From Candidatus Versatilivorator sp. (GTDB lineage: Bacteria; Acidobacteriota; Terriglobia; Versatilivoradales; Versatilivoraceae): a stretch of 64,000 bases of DNA. Positions 38,984 through 48,557 of the stretch are shown piece by piece. The position numbers and the translations under genes were made by a program. A model generated the notes under the pieces. It saw nothing but the letters and a program-made list of their open reading frames with translations. It did no database searches and was not told the origin of the DNA. The stretch is taken from NCBI GenBank assembly GCA_965207735.1, contig OZ242296.1, forward strand, positions 2,464,001-2,528,000. Direction: 5' to 3'. Positions within the stretch are counted from its first letter, which is position 1, and each line of letters begins with the position of its first letter.

Positions 38984-39750
38984 TTCTTGCTTCCTTTTCT
39001 CACTTGTGGGCAGTTTGGTTGGAAAGAGGGTGCCGGGTCTTATGATGGCAAGAGATCGTCATTCGTCTTCTGGGTAAGGAAGAGTGCGTGATTCGTTTTG
39101 CTACGGAAAAGCACGTGCAAGGCTTCGCATAAATATACCCCAGTTTGCAGAAGCACGCATCAGAGCCACGACTGACGCCAAGTGTCCCTTGAGCTTCGGA
39201 TGTCCGAACTCTAAAGTGCATCAGCAACGATGCTGACTTCGGCGATGTCCAGATGACAGGACATGATTCAGTCGTTTTAGCTCGTCGAGAACCCCATAAT
39301 GAGAGGGGAAGGGCAGCTTGCCACTCCACTTGACGGCACCCGACGAAGTGCCCCCCTTTCACCTCCACGGGATGGAGACCCAGAGCCGAGAAGCGGCCCG
39401 TGGTTGTCGGAACGATACAGTCGGATCGCGTGATGCGTAAGGACTTCGCGGCTGACGATCATCTGCCGTTATCCTGTCCGCAGGAGGTCTTGCCGCAGCG
39501 ACGGGTGGTTCAAGCCCGACAGCAACCCAAAGGGAATTGATCGCTACGGAGAGGATGCCGTTCCGACCGCTCCACGACGGTCTGACCGAACGGTTACGTC
39601 CGCCAACATCCTGGAGGGGCCAGTGGAGTCCTTTTCACAAAGAGGGATATAATGAGGGAACTGCAACCAGCTGATTTGTATTAAGTCTATTATAAGCAGT
39701 GGGTTACAATCGATAGGATGCAGTTCGTGCAGCAGCGTCCCGTACTGGTT

Positions 39751-39804
39751 ATCCTGTGCATCCTGTGCATCCTGTGCATCCTGTGCATCCTGTGCATCCA
39801 TGTT
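39751..39804. repeat. (ATCCTGTGC)5 ATCCATGTT array; inverted partner of 27561-27587
   Basis: Read directly from the sequence; reverse complement of ACATGGATGCACAGGATGCACAGGAT. Confidence 0.9.
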
Positions 39805-39810
39805 CATTAT

Positions 39811-40048
39811 GAGCCTTTTGCAAATTTCGCAATCGGGAATGACATTGAGGCGGCAAGGATGATGTGCTGCAGGCTCCAGCATTCGCCACGATAAGCACAA
39901 GAGACAACAGAAACCACAAAAAGCACAAAAGGCACAAAACGAGTTTCTTGATTTCGAGACGTGCCCATCCGATGGTTCTTTTTGTGTTTTTGTGCCTTTT
40001 GTGGCCATTCCCGGCAAAGGTCCCGCTGCCGAATTTTGCAAACGCCTC
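39811..40048. mobile_element. MITE derived from the 35602-37088 IS, containing a nested 9-bp-period inverted array (39914-40005)
   Basis: First ~60 bp are homologous to 35602 onward; the end TCCCGCT..CGAATTTTGCAAACGCCTC is homologous to 37058-37088. Confidence 0.8.
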
Positions 40049-40428
40049 CAAAGAAAAAGAGTTATCCACGAAGGACCGATAAGAGTCATCCACAGAGGAA
40101 AACGGCGAACCGCGAATGGACAGGATGAACAGGATTATTGGGCAAGAGTTTCCACCGTCTCGAGTTCAACTATCGCCCATGCTTCAACAAGGATTCCAAA
40201 ACCCGCTTCCATCCTCATGGAATACCTCGAACACGAACCGATCATTAAGAAGCCCGCTTCCTGTGCCGCAGCGTCTCTTCCTGTTAATCCTGTCCATCCT
40301 GTCTATCCATGTTCCCTAATGCGACAAATCGAATTAGCGGAACATGCCCTACACCCGATACGCCAAGAAAGTCCCCTGTTGCACCCTCGTGTGATCCGCC
40401 TCGTTATGAGGGGCGGGGGCTGAACTTG
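40049..40428. repeat. Right part of the split IS110-end cassette, with a nested 9-bp-period element (40116-40313)
   Basis: AAAGAAAAAGAGTTATCCACGAAGG continues the cassette broken at 27500; right end TGTTGCACC-CT-CGTGTGATCCGC at 40377-40399. Confidence 0.65.
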
Positions 40429-40658
40429 CCTGTAATCCTCATCCTGCCTGGGGGTAGCACGATGTCTGTTGCCAGCTTTGAAGGATCGGAGTTTGCGCCT
40501 TGACCCGGCAGGAGCTTTGTCATAGGCTCGTTTCCCGGACATTCCGTGATCAGGCCGTATCTTCATTCTGATTCGCGCTGGTGGAAACAACCTCGAAGCC
40601 GGAGGCCGCCGGTCCCCTCTTTCCGCCTGGACCGCCGCAGACAAGAGGAACTTGCAGC

Positions 40659-41861
40659 ATGAATATGGACCGCAGGAAGTTTCTGAGTCAGTCTCTGGCA
40701 GCTTCCGCCGGCTTGGCGGGACTGCCTTCCCTGGCCGGCGGCCGCCCTTCCAAAGAGAGACTTCGTGTCGGCATCATCGGCTGCGGCCGCATGGGACAGT
40801 ACTTCGCCGAGGTCTATCGGGCTCTGCCCGACACCGAGTTGGTGGCTATCGCCGAGTGGAATCCGGATCGGCGCAAGATTGTGGGAGAGCGCTTCGGAGT
40901 CAAGGCGCTCTTCAAGGATGTCAACGCCATGTTGAAGGACGTCGTTCCCGACCTGGCCGCGGTCATCACCCCCAGCAAGTATATGAAGGAAGCCGTCATC
41001 GCCTGTGCCGAAGCCGGGGTCAAGGGTGTCTCCACCGACAAGCCCGTGGCCGCCAGGCTGGCGGATGCCGACGCCATGGTCGAAGCCTGCCGGAAACGGG
41101 GAGTCGTTTTTGCAGGCGGCAATTTGCAGCGCGCCATGCCCGAGGTTCAGGAAGCCGGCCAACGCTTGAACGCGGGTCGATACGGCCAGCCCCTGGGAAT
41201 GGCCGTGCACGGATTCGGCGGGGAGATCTCCGGCGGCGGTTGCCAGCACATTTCCGTGCTGCGTCTGTTTGCCGGCGCCGAGGTCGAAGAGGTCATGGCC
41301 TGGGCCGGGCCTCCGGAGGCCCTCGAGCAAAAGGACGACAAGGGCCTCAACGTCAATGCCCTGTTCCGCATGAGCCGCGGGCCCGATTGCCAGGTCTTCG
41401 GGCTCACCCAACCCTACGGGACCCGACAGCTCAGCGGGGTGGACGTTTGGAGTGAGGACACCCTGGTCCGCTGGAAGTGGTCGAAGCCCGAAATTTATCA
41501 GGGGACCGGCGGCGGCGGCTCCCGGCGGCTCGTTGATGCAAAATATCGCCCCTTCACCTGGCGCCGCATCCTGGATGAGGTTCCCGGTCTGCGAAAGAGT
41601 GACAACTACCTGGTGGCCTCCATCCGTTCCTTTGTGGATGCCGTCAGAGGGGGGAGCGAGTTGTGGATCTCGGGCCATGATCTCAGGCAGGCTCTCGAGG
41701 TGGCCATTGCCTGCAAGGTATCGGCTCTGCGAGGCAATCGTCCCGTGAAGCTTCCTCTGAATGACCGGTCGCTGGCGTTGTATCCGAGGCCCTACCGCTG
41801 GCTGGGGGGAGACGCCACCGAGAACCCGCAATCGATTGAAGACGCGGCTGGAGGGACCTAG
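40659..41861 (+). CDS. Gfo/Idh/MocA oxidoreductase with Tat signal
   Basis: DRRKFL; LRVGIIGCGRMG; DKP motif. Confidence 0.9.
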   Translation: MNMDRRKFLSQSLAASAGLAGLPSLAGGRPSKERLRVGIIGCGRMGQYFAEVYRALPDTELVAIAEWNPDRRKIVGERFGVKALFKDVNAMLKDVVPDLAAVITPSKYMKEAVIACAEAGVKGVSTDKPVAARLADADAMVEACRKRGVVFAGGNLQRAMPEVQEAGQRLNAGRYGQPLGMAVHGFGGEISGGGCQHISVLRLFAGAEVEEVMAWAGPPEALEQKDDKGLNVNALFRMSRGPDCQVFGLTQPYGTRQLSGVDVWSEDTLVRWKWSKPEIYQGTGGGGSRRLVDAKYRPFTWRRILDEVPGLRKSDNYLVASIRSFVDAVRGGSELWISGHDLRQALEVAIACKVSALRGNRPVKLPLNDRSLALYPRPYRWLGGDATENPQSIEDAAGGT

Positions 41862-43435
41862 TGAAACCTGCCCTGAATCGCCGACAATTTCTGGGAGGAG
41901 CCGCCCTGGCGGCCCCGGGCCTGCTGGCCCCCGGCGGAGCTGCTTCGGCGGCGGGGCCGCGGCCCCAGCCCAAGCGGGCAGCCAAGCCGCGCCGCACCAT
42001 GTACTTCAACGACGCCCGCCACTACTACCTCTACGCCTTCGAGCCGCCCATGACCATGGAGGACGCCTGGCGTCCGGTGGACGAACTGGTGGAGACTTCG
42101 GTCGACACCCTGATCTACGGCGTGGAAACCGGAGGCGGACTGTTCAGCGACACCAAGGTGGGCGTGCGGGCCATGTCGCAGACGCGCCCCATCGACAGCG
42201 CCCATTACTGGCGGGCCTGGTACAACATGCAGAGCCTGATCGACCGGGGGCTGGACCCCTTGCAGGTGCTGATCGACCGGTCCCACGAACGCCAACTGGA
42301 CTTCATCATCAGCATGCGGATGGGCGGCGCGCCCCGGGACCCTCGCTATGTCATCGGCACATCCGGACCGGCCGCCGGAGGCGGAGGCCGCCTGGAGAAC
42401 AACATGGACTTCGCCCATCCCTGGGTCAGGGACACGCAGTTCTCCTGGATGGAGGAATTGGCAAGCTACCCGGCCGAAGGCATCGAGTACGATTTCGCCT
42501 TCACTCCCTACTATTTCAAGCCGAGCGAGGTCGAGCGGCACACCCCCCTGATGACCGCCTACGTGCGCCGGCTGTCGGAGATGATTCGAAGCAAGGGGGA
42601 AAACCGGATCGTGGGCGCCCGGGTCTTTCCGACCGAGGCCATGAATCGATCCCTGGGGCTGGACGTAAAGACCTGGGTGGAAGAGAAGCTGGTCGACTAC
42701 CTGGCGCCCCTCTACTACGGATACTTCCTGCTGGATCCCAATCTGCCGTTCGAGTCGCTGGTCGAGTTGGCCCGGCCGGCCGGGGCCGAGGTCTACCCCG
42801 TCTTGCAGCCCTACTTCATGCAACACGAGAAGCATGCCAGCCCGGCCATGCTGCGGGCGGCCATCGCCAACTATTGGGCCAAGGGGGCGGACGGCCTGAT
42901 CGTAGCCCCCTGGTTTCACTGGCCCTTCCGGGAGGAGGAACGGGCGTTGCTGACCGACATCGGCGACCCCGAGGCCGTCAAGGAACGGACCAAGCACCAC
43001 TTTGTCTCCCCACGGCAGGAGGATGCCGCCGCCCTGGGTTACGGCCACCCGCTTCCCTTGCAGTTGGAGGGCAAAAGCCCACGGAGCTCATCCGTTCCCT
43101 TTTATATCGCGGACGACTGCCGGTCGGACCGGGTGGCGCGAACGAGGCTGCTGTTGAGAGTGCGGAACCTGGTGACCGCCGACAACCTGGAGTTGAGCCT
43201 CAACGGGAGCTCGCTGGCTGGAGAGCCCATGCGGCGCACCAGCCACCGCTACGACTTCCAATGGCTGGAGTACACCCTGAGCAAGGTGCTTCCCCGCCCC
43301 GGGGAGAACGTGCTGTCTGCCCGTCTGGCCTCGCGGCCGGAGGGACTGGGCGGAGGGGTCACCGTTGACCAAATGGAGATCCTGGTCGAATACGCGGGTC
43401 CCCAGTCCATTTCCGACCGACCGGATATGCTCTAA
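41861..43435 (+). CDS. GHL10-like (DUF187-related) TIM-barrel glycoside hydrolase-like protein, Tat signal
   Basis: NRRQFL; YFND, SMRMG, DFAHPWVR, EGIEYDF and GADG. Confidence 0.65.
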   Translation: MKPALNRRQFLGGAALAAPGLLAPGGAASAAGPRPQPKRAAKPRRTMYFNDARHYYLYAFEPPMTMEDAWRPVDELVETSVDTLIYGVETGGGLFSDTKVGVRAMSQTRPIDSAHYWRAWYNMQSLIDRGLDPLQVLIDRSHERQLDFIISMRMGGAPRDPRYVIGTSGPAAGGGGRLENNMDFAHPWVRDTQFSWMEELASYPAEGIEYDFAFTPYYFKPSEVERHTPLMTAYVRRLSEMIRSKGENRIVGARVFPTEAMNRSLGLDVKTWVEEKLVDYLAPLYYGYFLLDPNLPFESLVELARPAGAEVYPVLQPYFMQHEKHASPAMLRAAIANYWAKGADGLIVAPWFHWPFREEERALLTDIGDPEAVKERTKHHFVSPRQEDAAALGYGHPLPLQLEGKSPRSSSVPFYIADDCRSDRVARTRLLLRVRNLVTADNLELSLNGSSLAGEPMRRTSHRYDFQWLEYTLSKVLPRPGENVLSARLASRPEGLGGGVTVDQMEILVEYAGPQSISDRPDML

Positions 43436-43451
43436 AAAGGAGTGAATAACC

Positions 43452-45152
43452 ATGCGACGACGAAGCTTCCTTTCAAGAACTCTGGCCGGCGCCGCCTCAC
43501 TGGGGCTGCTGGGTTCCAGAAAAGCCGCGGCCGGGGCGGCCCCGCAACCGGCGGCCACTCACGCATCCGGCCGAAAACCCACCATGATGTTCTACCACGA
43601 TGGACGTCACCCCCTCATCTACATGTACGAACCTCCCATGCAGAAGGAAGAGTACGAGACGGCCGTGGACGAGCTGCTGGGAACCCCCATCGAAGCCATC
43701 ATGTTCACCATGGGAGACGGACGGACGGTGCTGCACGACACCAAGGTAGGCGAGCTGTGGGGACACAACGTCAAGAAGTGGCCGCACCTGATCTTCCGTC
43801 GGGCTCACCAGAACGCCCGGGCGCTCATCGATGCCGGACACGATCCGCTGCGCGTCGTTTGCGACCGGGCCAAGGCCAAGGGAATGCTGATCTATCCGGT
43901 GCTGCTGGTTCAGCAAGGCACCGGCAAGCGGGGAACAGACACCCGCGGCTCGGACTTTCGATTCGATAACACCCATCTTGAAATAGGGGCCGGCGGCGGG
44001 GTTGATCCCGAGTTCCCGGGCTTCCACGGGCTGGACTTCAAACTCGAAGAAGTGCGCAATGAGCGGTTCGCCCTGGTGGAGGAGACCGTGAACCGCTACC
44101 CGGTGGACGGCTTCGAGCTTCAGCTCGACTACATGCCCTACTACTTCCGGCCGGACGAGGTGGATACCGGTCGCCCCATCATGACCGAGTGGATCGCCCG
44201 GGTCCACCGCGCCGTCAAGCAGAGCGGAGCCCAGCGGGAGCTTGCCATCCGCATTCCCACCAGCCTCGAAGGCTGCTATTCGGTGGGGCTCGACGTCAGG
44301 GAATGGATTCGTCAGGGTATCGTGGACGTGCTCATCGGCCAGAACTTCTCGGGTCCCGAGCTGGTGGACCAAAACGCCGACTTCCGCCCCTTGGTGGCAG
44401 CCGCCAAGGAGTCGCCGTGCCGGGTCCACGCGGCCATCCACAGCCATATCGACTCCGATCGGCTGGGCGAGGCCACCGTCAAGATGATTCGGGCCGCGGC
44501 CTGCAACTACTGGGACCAGGGCGTCGACGGGCTCTACGTGGCTCATTGGTTCAGCAACTGGCCCTACGAGGGAGATTTCTACGAGAAGCTGCGCGAACTC
44601 CCCTATCCCGAGGTGATGGCCCCCAAGGACAAGACCTACTTCGTGACCACCATGACCGGCCGTTACCCCAGGCCTTCCACCGAGCCCGGACTCTCCATGC
44701 AGTTGCCGGCCGATCTCAAGGTCAACCAGCCGGTCAAGCTGGAGATGACCGTCAGCGACGACCTGCTCCGCTGGCACAAGGACGGCCGGGTCCATGAAGT
44801 CCTCCTGCGGGCCAGAATGATCAATTCGACCGAGCTGGACCGGTTCAGCGTCCGGCTGAACGGCAAGGCCCTTCCCCAATCCGGCTTGCGCAAGATCAAT
44901 CAGCTCTACCGCATGGTGGCGCCGCGCTACCGGGTCAACAACTGCTACTGGCACATCTACCGGCTGGACAGCAGCCACTGGCCGCGCAAGGGGAGCAACA
45001 CCGTGGAAATCACCCTGACCCGGCGAGATCCCGACATCACTCCCCAGATCTTCCTGAGAGACCTGGAGCTGGACATCAAGTACCTGATGGGCAAGAACTT
45101 TCACCGAGGACAGGACCCTGACCTGGGTGAAGTCCAGTCCCTGACCGACTGA
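43452..45152 (+). CDS. GHL10-like TIM-barrel protein, Tat signal
   Basis: RRRSFL; FYHDG, LDF..EEVR, YPVDGFEL and GVDGLY. Confidence 0.65.
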   Translation: MRRRSFLSRTLAGAASLGLLGSRKAAAGAAPQPAATHASGRKPTMMFYHDGRHPLIYMYEPPMQKEEYETAVDELLGTPIEAIMFTMGDGRTVLHDTKVGELWGHNVKKWPHLIFRRAHQNARALIDAGHDPLRVVCDRAKAKGMLIYPVLLVQQGTGKRGTDTRGSDFRFDNTHLEIGAGGGVDPEFPGFHGLDFKLEEVRNERFALVEETVNRYPVDGFELQLDYMPYYFRPDEVDTGRPIMTEWIARVHRAVKQSGAQRELAIRIPTSLEGCYSVGLDVREWIRQGIVDVLIGQNFSGPELVDQNADFRPLVAAAKESPCRVHAAIHSHIDSDRLGEATVKMIRAAACNYWDQGVDGLYVAHWFSNWPYEGDFYEKLRELPYPEVMAPKDKTYFVTTMTGRYPRPSTEPGLSMQLPADLKVNQPVKLEMTVSDDLLRWHKDGRVHEVLLRARMINSTELDRFSVRLNGKALPQSGLRKINQLYRMVAPRYRVNNCYWHIYRLDSSHWPRKGSNTVEITLTRRDPDITPQIFLRDLELDIKYLMGKNFHRGQDPDLGEVQSLTD

Positions 45153-45201
45153 GGTCTCCAACTCGCTCGGATCCTGACACCCCGGAGTGGTGAACCAACC
45201 C

Positions 45202-46896
45202 ATGAAACGGCACGGTTTCTTCCAAACAGCTGCTGCAGCGGGCCTGGCCGCAGGGCTGGCCTCCCCTTCCCCGCGAGCGCGGCAGGCGCAAGCCTCCCCT
45301 TCGGGTGCCGGCGGGACGACCCGCAAGCCCCGCATCATGTTCTACCACGACGGCCGTCATCCCCTGATCTACATGTACGAGCCACCCATGCAAAAGGAGG
45401 AGTTCGAATCGGCCGTGAACGAATTGCTGGGGACCCCGGTGGAAGCCCTGATGTTCACCATGGGAGACGGCCGCACGGTGTTGCACGACACCCGGGTGGG
45501 CGAGCTCTGGGGAGACCACCTCAGAAACAAGAAGTGGCCCCACCTCATCTTCCGCCGCGCCTACCAGAACGCCAAGGGCCTGATCCAGGCCGGCCAGGAC
45601 CCGCTCCGTGTCGTCTTTGACCGGGCCCACCGGCGGGGGATGCTGGTCTACCCGGTGCTGCTGGTTCAGCAGGGGACCGGAAAGCGCGGGGAGGACACCC
45701 GCGCCTCGGAATTCCGCCTCGACCACCGCCACCTGGAAATCGGCGCCGAGGGCGGGGTCGATCCGGCCTTCCCCGGTTTCCATGGCCTGGACTTCAAGCA
45801 CGAGGCGGTGCGCCGGGAGCGGTTCGCCCTGATCGAAGAAACCCTTCAGCGCTACCCGGTGGACGGCTTCGAGCTGCAGCTCAACTACATGCCCTACTAC
45901 TTCCGTCCCGACGAGGTCGAGCCCGGACGCCGGACCATGACCGAGTGGATCCGGCGGGTTTTCCAGGCGGTGAAGCGGAGCGGAGAGGGACGCGAGCTGG
46001 TCCTGCGGGTGCCGGCCAGCCTGGAGCAGTGTGAATCGGTGGGGCTGGACATCCGGGAATGGCTGCGAGAAGGCATTGTGGACGTACTCATCCCGCAGGG
46101 CCCCGGCCGCTTCGATCAGATGCTGGACCTGGGGCCGATGGTGTCGGCCGCGCGAGGATCCGGCTGCCGCATACACGGCTACCTTCCCAGCACCGTGGAT
46201 TCCGACCGCCTGATGGAGTCCACCCTCCCCATCACCCGGGCAGGCGCCTGCAATCTGTGGGACCAGGGAGTGGACGGGCTCTACGTGGCCCAGTGGTTCA
46301 GCAAATGGCCCTACGGGAGTTCCTTTTACGAGCGGTTGCGGGAGCTGCCCCATCCCGAAGTCATGGCTCCCCGGGACAAACACTACTTTCTGCAGACGAC
46401 AACGGGACGCTACCCCGACCGGGCCGGGCGGCAGCTTCCGGCGGAGTTGGAAGTCGACCGGCCGGTGAGCCTGGAATTCAAGATCAGCGACGAACTGCCC
46501 CGTTGGGCCAAGACGGGTCGGGTCCACCAGGTCCTCTTGCGAGTCCGGCTGTCCAATACCACCGAGCTGGACCGCATCGTCTTCCGGCTGAACGGAAAGC
46601 CCCTTCCCGATTCGAGCTTGCGCAAGATCAACCAAATGTTTAAGCTCAAGATTCCGCGTTTCTTCCAGTTCGGTTACTGGTATGTTTACAAGCTGGACAC
46701 GGACCATTGGCCGACCAGGGGTCTGAACCTCCTGGAGGTGGAGTTGAAGCAGCGGGATCCGGAGATCACGCCTCAGATCGCCGTCAGCAACCTGGAACTG
46801 CAGATCAAATACCTGCTGGGAAAGCACATGAGGCGGGACTCGGAGACGGACCTGGGGGCTCGGGAGAGCCGCAACGACAGACATGGAAACGCATGA
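45202..46896 (+). CDS. GHL10-like TIM-barrel protein (close tandem paralogue of the previous gene)
   Basis: Long identical stretches with 43452-45152; degenerate Tat motif KRHGFF. Confidence 0.65.
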   Translation: MKRHGFFQTAAAAGLAAGLASPSPRARQAQASPSGAGGTTRKPRIMFYHDGRHPLIYMYEPPMQKEEFESAVNELLGTPVEALMFTMGDGRTVLHDTRVGELWGDHLRNKKWPHLIFRRAYQNAKGLIQAGQDPLRVVFDRAHRRGMLVYPVLLVQQGTGKRGEDTRASEFRLDHRHLEIGAEGGVDPAFPGFHGLDFKHEAVRRERFALIEETLQRYPVDGFELQLNYMPYYFRPDEVEPGRRTMTEWIRRVFQAVKRSGEGRELVLRVPASLEQCESVGLDIREWLREGIVDVLIPQGPGRFDQMLDLGPMVSAARGSGCRIHGYLPSTVDSDRLMESTLPITRAGACNLWDQGVDGLYVAQWFSKWPYGSSFYERLRELPHPEVMAPRDKHYFLQTTTGRYPDRAGRQLPAELEVDRPVSLEFKISDELPRWAKTGRVHQVLLRVRLSNTTELDRIVFRLNGKPLPDSSLRKINQMFKLKIPRFFQFGYWYVYKLDTDHWPTRGLNLLEVELKQRDPEITPQIAVSNLELQIKYLLGKHMRRDSETDLGARESRNDRHGNA

Positions 46897-47690
46897 ATCG
46901 ACGTCACTTCTTACAGGGAGCTGGAATCCTCTTGACGGGCGGTAGCGGTTTCGACCGGGAAGCTCAGGCTTCCTCCCAAGACGAGCGCCGCATCCTGATC
47001 ACCAGCGGTGAGACGGAGTTGGCCCAGGTCATTGCCGATCACCTCAGCCGCGACCGCGACGTCCGGCTCACCGGTCTGACGGCTGTCCCAAGCCGTTTCC
47101 CCTTCACTGCTTGCCAACTGGATCACGACTCGGCCACCGACGAACTGGTGCGGGGGGTGGAGGCCATCGTCCACGTGGCTGAGCCGCCTTCGGGCGCGGA
47201 CGATCGGGAACAGATCGATCACCTGACCCGCAGGACCTACAACCTGGCGAGAGCGGCAGTGGACGCCGGGGTCGACCGTCTTCTCTTTCTCAGCACACTG
47301 GAGCTGATGACGGGCTACGACGAGGACTTCCTGGTCAGCGAACGCTGGCGGCCGCTTCCCACCACCCGGCCGTCCGTGCTGGCCAAGCACCTGGGCGAGT
47401 ACACCTGCCGGGAGTTTGCCCGGGAACAAAAGCTGCAGGTGATGGTTCTTCGACTCGGCAAGGTGGTCAAGGCCGTGGCCGTCAAGGGACAAACCGCCGA
47501 TCCCCTATGGGTGGAGGAGCGAGAAGTGGCCCAGGCCGTCGCCGGCGCCCTGGATGCCAAGCTTACCGACCACGCCCAGGGAGTGGGCCGCTGGAGAGTC
47601 TTCAACGTGCAGTCGGAGTTTCCCGGGTCTCGCTTCCCGGTCGCCAACGCCAAGGGGGCTTTGGGTTATCGACCCTGGTTCAAGCCCTGA
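46893..47690 (+). CDS. NAD-dependent epimerase/dehydratase-like protein, Tat signal, degenerate motifs
   Basis: NRRHFL; ILITSGETELA in place of TGxxGxxG; AIVHVA; VLAKHLGE in place of YxxxK. Confidence 0.65.
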   Translation: MNRRHFLQGAGILLTGGSGFDREAQASSQDERRILITSGETELAQVIADHLSRDRDVRLTGLTAVPSRFPFTACQLDHDSATDELVRGVEAIVHVAEPPSGADDREQIDHLTRRTYNLARAAVDAGVDRLLFLSTLELMTGYDEDFLVSERWRPLPTTRPSVLAKHLGEYTCREFAREQKLQVMVLRLGKVVKAVAVKGQTADPLWVEEREVAQAVAGALDAKLTDHAQGVGRWRVFNVQSEFPGSRFPVANAKGALGYRPWFKP

Positions 47691-47711
47691 GGAGAATGGC
47701 AGGTTAAATCC

Positions 47712-48440
47712 ATGAAAGTGCTCATCATCGGAGCCACCGGCTATCTGGGACCTCACGTGGTCAAGGCGCTGGAAGACCACTACGAGCTCCTGCTCACCGA
47801 TATCAAACCGCCCAAGGAGAACACGCGCCATCCCTTCCAGAGGGTGGATGTCAGCTCCATGGAGCAGGTCCAGCGGGCCGCCGAGGGAATGGATGCCATC
47901 CTCAACCTTTCGGTGCTGCGGGAGCACCGGCGGATCGCCTTCGACGTGAACGCCCTGGGATGCTACAACATCATGCGGGCAGCCGTGGACCATGGAATTC
48001 GCCGGGTCATCAACACCGGGCCCCACTTCACCATCACCGGTCCGCTCTACGAGGGCATCGACCACGGCATCACGCCCGACGTCCCTCCCCACCCCAGCAC
48101 CATCCTCTACGCCTTGACCAAATCCCTGGGCCAGGAGATCTGCCGGGTGTTCAGCCGGCACCACGACGTCTACGTGCTGGACTACCTGTTCTACAACTTT
48201 CGCGACCCCAAACAGGTGAAGCGGGGCTCGGGAGGAGTGCCCTTCATCGTCTCCTGGGATGACGCCGGAGAGGCCTTCCGGCTCGGCCTGGAGATCGAAC
48301 TGGACCGGCTGCCCTCTCGCTGTGAAATCTTCTTCATCTCCGGGGACATGCCCCAAGGGAAGTTTCTCAACGAAAAGACCAAACGCGTGCTGGGCTTCAA
48401 GCCCAAGGACGATTTGGCCTTCCTTTGGCAGCGGCCCTGA
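47712..48440 (+). CDS. NAD-dependent epimerase/uronate dehydrogenase-like SDR
   Basis: GATGYLG and YALTK (YxxxK). Confidence 0.85.
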   Translation: MKVLIIGATGYLGPHVVKALEDHYELLLTDIKPPKENTRHPFQRVDVSSMEQVQRAAEGMDAILNLSVLREHRRIAFDVNALGCYNIMRAAVDHGIRRVINTGPHFTITGPLYEGIDHGITPDVPPHPSTILYALTKSLGQEICRVFSRHHDVYVLDYLFYNFRDPKQVKRGSGGVPFIVSWDDAGEAFRLGLEIELDRLPSRCEIFFISGDMPQGKFLNEKTKRVLGFKPKDDLAFLWQRP

Positions 48441-48456
48441 CCGGCTGCGACTCTGG

Positions 48457-48505
48457 TTCCATGGGTTTACGCCCACGGCTACCTGCTGGCGCCGCTTCGC
48501 GGCTC
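48457..48505. repeat. REP-like element
   Basis: Copy of 11414-11462. Confidence 0.7.
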
Positions 48506-48557
48506 GTCTCCAACCCACGGGCTGCCGCCCGAGAAATGACTATTCACGGATAAAGCC

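Larger units (their letters stand above)
27662..39732 (+). mobile_element. Integrative element 1 (~12 kb, P4-type integrase) bounded by TCGTGCAG direct repeats
   Basis: TCGTGCAG at 27662-27669 and 39725-39732; AT-rich segments inside both ends; arm-site-like motifs at 27802-27819 and 39644-39658; the flanks rejoin into one repeat element. Confidence 0.65.

Noticed and set aside
27501-40048. One 12.5-kb composite transposon bounded by GAGCCTTTTGCAAA IRs
   Set aside because: Each outer IR has a nearer partner (27544, 39811) and there is no matching target duplication; two separate mini-elements are more parsimonious.
39544-40093. ORFs with DAQDAQ / CTGCTG repeats
   Set aside because: These are translations of the 9-bp DNA arrays and MITE; no coding support.
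43452-46896. DGR-like template/variable repeat pair in the duplicated GHL genes
   Set aside because: Similarity spans whole genes, differences are not adenine-specific, and no RT is present; ordinary tandem paralogy.
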